Shown: piece after piece, positions 58,536-64,000 of the stretch
How positions within the stretch are numbered: position 1 is the first letter of the stretch
Layout of the letters: every line of letters begins with the position of its first letter
The notes under the pieces: model-generated
What the model was told of the DNA's origin: nothing
Database searches by the model: none
The model's input: only the letters and a program-made list of their open reading frames with translations
Program-made: the position numbers and the translations under genes
Assembly (NCBI GenBank): GCA_964019425.1
Contig: OZ025795.1
Coordinates: 806,001 to 870,000, forward strand
Direction: 5' to 3'
DNA: 64,000 nucleotides
Origin: Flectonema sp. DT1601
Taxonomy: Eukaryota

Positions 58536-61500
58536 CTAAACATTAAAAGCACTTCCCTTTTCACCACTACCAACTCCACCTCCACCCCTTCCAGCTCCTC
58601 TTCGCTTCTCATCTGATAGTGGACTGTAAGGTGTACTGTTGACCTCAACTTCATTATCTGGGGGTGACTTTTCATCGTCATCTTTGGCTTTAATTTTGTG
58701 AAAGAAAAAGAAAGCGATTCCACACATTATCAACATTGCTAAGATGATTAAAATAATAACCACCACCGCACTCACCCCTCCACTACTTGGGGAAGGGGTT
58801 GAGACTGTTACTTCTTGATTGGATGTTCTGTTTTATTTATTTGTTTGATAATTTATTGTAAATTCTATCTAAAAGAGAAACAAGACATACGCAGAAGGCA
58901 ATACACAAGTAGGATAATTTACTCTACCAGAAGCACATGTTCCACAAGTACTTCCACTAAACCTAATGTTGCACGTACACTGACAGAAAGTATTGTTTCC
59001 TGAAACGACAACACGAAACGAATCAGCGTTGCTATTACACTGAGCTTGAGTACATTGAACGACCAGTTGGGTAGTAGGAAGAGGTGTTTCTCCAAATGTT
59101 GTTGGAGTTGGAGTTGCTACACAACTCGGATACGTTCCAACAAAACCTGCTGCACAAGTCTCACATGTAGTACCACCAATACCTGATAGACAATTACAGA
59201 AACACTGACCATTAACATCAGTCACTTGAAGTGCCATACCACTACAGTTACTTGTGATTGTACACGTTGGTGCTGTTTGCATAAACCCTGGAGGCTCTAA
59301 GACTGTATTAATACTTTGAATTATTCCATTAGTCGCTGGTGTGTCTTGCAATACTGAAGTAAAGACAGAAAGACCGTTACTCGATTGGTGAATACCTCCT
59401 GTCTGGAAGACCATTCTATTTGAGTCAAGAGTTGGGAAAGTTCCACCTGTTGTAAAATCACTCTTTTGAACATACAACGGAACAATATGATACGCAAGAA
59501 GTTGAGATAGAAATAAAGGGTTGTTCAATAGCTGTTGAAGTCTAACTGAACCATACTGCTCAAAAGCACTATTTGATGGCGCCAATACAGAAAACGGACC
59601 ACTAGTACGCAACGTCGTTGCTAAGTTAACTCTTGACACTAAGCTGTTGAAAGTAGAAAACGAATTCCCCAACCCTTCAAGAATTTGTAACACATTCTGT
59701 GTTGGTGTTCCAATCGATTGCGGTATAAGAACAGAACTTAAGACATGAACAACGCCATTTTGTGATCCCAAATCAGGTGTTGAAATTGTACTGTTGACAC
59801 CAATTTGAATAGTTCTTCCATTTACACGAGCAGTTAGCCTCTGTCCTAACATAGTAGTTAGTTGGTTTTGAGGAAGTTCAACAGATGCGAACCCCGACTG
59901 TCCCGGATGTCTTAAGATAATATGATGTTGTAGAACGAGTCTCTGCGCAACAGTATTCCTAAGTATCCATTCTCGTACTCCAGACTGCAGAGATTGAAAT
60001 GCGAAGTTTGTTGGGGCAAATACCGTAAAAGGTCCAACATCTGCCAACATATCTAACAAACTGCCTCCATTCGGAGCTACACTCCGCTGCAACAACGATG
60101 CAAACACTGATGTCTGCTCATGAATTGACAAAGTTCTGCAAACTGTATTCGCATTGCAAAGCGGTTGAGCAGTTTCCCGTGGAGTATTCGGTACAAAACC
60201 CGACGGATTCGGGACTGGAACTGGGCCAGGAACAGTGTTTGTATTCGGTATCATGATATTTCCAGTCACATGAACTACCCCATTCGACGCGCTGTTATCA
60301 CCATCGATAATACCAGCAGATGTTAAAGTATCATAACCACCATGTAATCTTGGATATGACACACCTCCACTAATTTGATTACTTGGTACTATCTGTCCTA
60401 CTACTATTTGATGCATTAATATGTTACGAAGTTGTGCATTTTGACCTAACAGAGCAGAGCTCTGTGACATTGCAGCATTTGAAGGAGCGAATACAGTAAA
60501 AGGACCCCCATTATTACTTATCAAATCAAGAATACCCTGACCTTGAAGAAGTTGATAAAATGTAGTTGTCCTGCTATCATCACGAATAACAGCACAGACT
60601 GTATTACCAGAACACGGTTGGAATGGGGACGAAATCGGAGGAGCAGCAACAACACCAGGGATCACACCAACCATACCTGAAGGAATAAGAACCATATCCA
60701 CAATATGAAGAAATCCATTGGTGGCTGCGATATTCGGAAATTGAATTCTAGCGACATTATTGACAATCATATTTACTAATTGATTTCCACTCAGAGATCT
60801 AAAGTACAAAGGATCACCCTGTAGACTTTGAACAGTTCCTAATCTGAGTAAATCATTAGTACGAAGAGACTGTTGTTGAATAATATGATTCCTTAAGATA
60901 CGAGTTAGTTGATCTCTAGGTAGCTGTTGAAGACGTTGTATTCCATAACTAGATAAGGCACTATCAGACGGGGCTAACACTGTAATGGATGGCGAGGTAC
61001 TAAATTGTGAAATGAGACCAACCGATACTAAAAGTTGAACAAACTGTCGAAGATTTCCATAATTCCTCATAACCACATCTAAAGTTGTTGTTCCCGGTTG
61101 ATAAGGGTTTTGAGCACCAGGAGTCCCAACTGGTCCAAAATTAGGAGGTGCAGTTGGAGGAGGAAACCACTGAACTGGTCCCCAAGTACCTCCCCAAGTC
61201 GGAGGCGGCTGAGTAAATATTGGAACCCCCGGATGCCAAGTAACCGGAACCCCAACAGTCCCAGGAGGATTTGTTTGGAATAATCCATTACCTGTAGGAG
61301 ACAATACAGCATCAAGTGTGTATATGATCCCGTTGCTTGCAATAGTTCCTCCTGGATTTAATATTGTAGCGTGTGTGTTTAGAACGTTGTTTTGAAATGT
61401 CACGACTTGCGGTGTTAAAATCGTCTGAATAGACCCAGAACCAGACAGTCCTTGATGCAAACCATTAGCGACATGGTATCTCATAACGTTCACGAAATTA

Positions 61501-64000
61501 GGATCGTTACGTTGTAGAAGAAGTCCAACATCGATGTTCTGTCTTTGAAATGCGGCATCTGTTGGTGCAAACACAGTCCATGGTCCTGGTCTTTCCAATA
61601 CGTGATCAATTTGTGACTCAATCATCGCACTTATAAAAGCTCCAAACTGATTGCCGTTATTCTTTAAAGTTGTCATTATATCTCCTCGAACACTTCCTGT
61701 TGGAGGGACGCCAGGAGGTGCAGTCGCAATAGGTGTTCCGATATTACCTGTGATTGGTCGGATGACTTCATCTACGACATGAACGATACCATTTACGGCT
61801 GTCAGGTCTCTTAATCTCACAAATGTGTTTCCATTAATAAAATAACGATTGTTGAGTACAGTTGTCTGTATGGATTCACCTGATAGCGTTGGTACTGGAC
61901 TCCAACTAACTAAGTCTTGTGCTGTGTGTCTTCTGTTTATTATGTAACGAAGAAGTTCAGATCTTGACAAGGCTGTTGGAAGTAATTGCAATCCCGCATT
62001 AGAAACAGCAATTACGGTGAGACCGAAATTCTGTAAAAGCATATCTACACCCGTTCTCTGTAATGCACTGACAAAGAGAGTCAGATCTCTATCAAAACGA
62101 AGAATATCCATGACACTATTCATAAGAACAGTTGTAGGTGTTGGGACTCCAACAGGAGGAAATAACACATTCGGAATTGGTGTAGATACTGGAACCTGTC
62201 CAGGAACTGGTGCGGCAACATCACTCGGGACTAATACTTTGTCAATAATGTGAATGATACCATCACTTCCGATACGATCTGTTGCATCAACATCAGCGAT
62301 ACCATTTATAACAATATCATTTGTAACTCTACTTATACTATACACTAAATTACTACCATAAATATTAGCCAATGTCCCTGGGGAGTTAGAACGCAGGTTC
62401 GATATTGTATAGTATCCCGAGACGATGTGATTTTGGACTATTCTCACATAGTCTTGGTTTGTATATGTAGCAGTTCTGGCTAACTCTGCGTATGCTGCAT
62501 CAGAAAAAGCAAAAATAGTATAGCGATTGATGCTACTGCTGGGAATAGTTCCGAACAGATTACTTTGAAAAATCGCAGAAAACCTCCGAAGATCCTGTCG
62601 CAGTGAGATGATAGTTCTGATTGTATCTAACTGTTGGGAATTATTGTCGATTACTTGAGAGATGACGTGTAAAAGACCGTTAGACGCCTGTCTGTCCGGA
62701 AGAGTAAATCCGATAGTCGATCCTATTATTACGTTACCACCTAAAGTCTGTATCCCTGGGCTCGATGATAAAGAGCTTTGAAGTACCCTTCCTGATACCA
62801 AGTGATTCCTAACAAATTGAGTTGCTTCATTGGAATCTGTTCTTAATTGTTGTAATCTACTTCCAACAACACCAATAAAAGCAGAATCTGATGGAGCTAA
62901 CACAGTAACCTGTTGACTATTAGAGCTTAGTAAGGATATTACATTAGATCTTTGAACAATTTGATTGAATATCGTCATGTCTCCCCTTCCTTGAATTAGT
63001 TGCAAAAGAGTAACACCAGAACTGCAGATACCATTGCTGCAGGTTCCAGTAACCCCATTGAAACTACAAGAAGAACCATCAATACGAATAGATGCAACAC
63101 ACTGTCTAATACTACTACAGATACCATTATTATGACAAGATGATGGAGCTGGACATGATGAACCAGTAACTGTGCAGCTTTGAGCATTTGAGTTCGTACA
63201 AACTCCACTCTGACAACTTCCTAAGGAACACGGTGAGCCATTTTGTTTTAATGTGGCACTGCACTGTAACGTTGAGCTGCAGGTTCCAACATTGTGACAC
63301 TCAGTTGGTGTGCATTGTACTCCTTGAATTGAACAAGTTGAGCCTCCGACAGATGTACAAACACCATTCTGACATTGTCTACTTAATGAACAAGGTGAGC
63401 CATTTACTTTTACTGTTGCTACACACTGTAGAGTGTTGCTGCAGGTTCCATCATTGTGACACTCCGATGGAGCCGAACACAGCGTACCCTGGACTGAGCA
63501 GGTGTTTGAATTTACTCTTGTGCACAATCCATTCTGACACTGTCCAAGAGAACAAGGAGATCCATTTATCCTTACTGTGGCTGTGCACTGTAAGTTAGCA
63601 TTACAGATCCCGTTATTATGACATTCAGTTGGTGCAGTGCATTGAGTTCCCTGAACAACACAACTACCTCTATTAGTTGTTATACAAACACCATTCTGAC
63701 ACTGACCTAATGAACATGAGAATCCATTAGGTCTCAATGTAGCAACGCATTGAAGTGAAGCACTACAAGTACCAACATTGTGACACTCAGAAGGAGCGTT
63801 ACATTGAACTCCTTGAACTGTACAGGTAGTAGAGCTAACTGAAGTACAAACACCTCCAACACATTGTCTATTAAGTGAACAAGGTGATCCATTTATTCTA
63901 ATTGAAGCAATGCATTGAGAATTAGCACTACAAGTACCAACATTGTGACACTCAGAGCGCGTACATTGACTTCCCTGAACAGCGCAATTTCCAGCAGTTG
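58536..64000 (-). CDS. 5'-partial multi-fasciclin (8x FAS1) type I membrane protein with N-terminal Cys-rich repeats and 2 EGF-like domains
   Basis: Frame is open from 63998. ~53-aa repeats (C.P.ECHN.G.C...QC.A...NGSPC...QC..GVC); eight T(V/I)(F/L)AP/A...NG..H...V FAS1 units; EGF-like domains. Intron 58828-58890 links to a TM exon (VSAVVVIILIILAMLIMCGIAFFFF-HKIK). Confidence 0.9.
58828..58890 (-). other. Spliceosomal intron (63 nt, phase 2)
   Basis: GC|GTATGT...ATAAAACAG|A; contains the in-frame TAG at 58869, and its removal fuses the ectodomain to ORF 58536..58775. Confidence 0.88.

Noticed and set aside
58536..58775. 79-aa TM ORF as an independent gene (likewise 6064..6258 and 29039..29359)
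   Set aside because: Non-ATG starts; each is better explained as the terminal exon of the upstream gene through a GT-AG intron.

Overview
AT-rich eukaryotic nuclear DNA, most consistent with a euglenozoan, probably a diplonemid-like protist (inference). All ~23 supportable protein genes lie on the minus strand in one directional cluster, some only ~85-120 bp apart. Several have polypyrimidine+AG acceptors just upstream of the ATG, two have MLRR/MIRR-type mitochondrial presequences, and a few contain short (63-80 nt) GT-AG introns. Splicing these introns joins ORF-track fragments into larger genes: a PB1-like protein, a ~4,620-aa coiled-coil plus ankyrin protein, and an 8xFAS1/EGF/TM surface protein. 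Recognisable genes are two PPR proteins, a gammaproteobacterial-type FolD, a FAM20/four-jointed-like Golgi kinase, galM, a RING-H2 ligase, a SufE-like protein, a CHASE receptor with a degenerate cyclase domain, a cold-shock protein, vasohibin, TTLL9 and a GH65 phosphorylase fused to a trehalose-6-phosphate phosphatase. The most interesting observations are: (1) the GH65-T6PP fusion ends in a PTS1 (AKL) and galM ends in SNL, suggesting peroxisomal/glycosomal trehalose and sugar metabolism; (2) a surface protein with roughly 100 tandem N-W-S/T sequons; (3) cis-introns with A/C-rich, partly self-pairing 3' ends, unlike the pyrimidine-rich upstream acceptors; (4) three families of short dispersed elements, two of which share termini and sit in poly(A)/(T) runs. 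All calls come from reading the sequence and recalled family motifs; no database searches were run.
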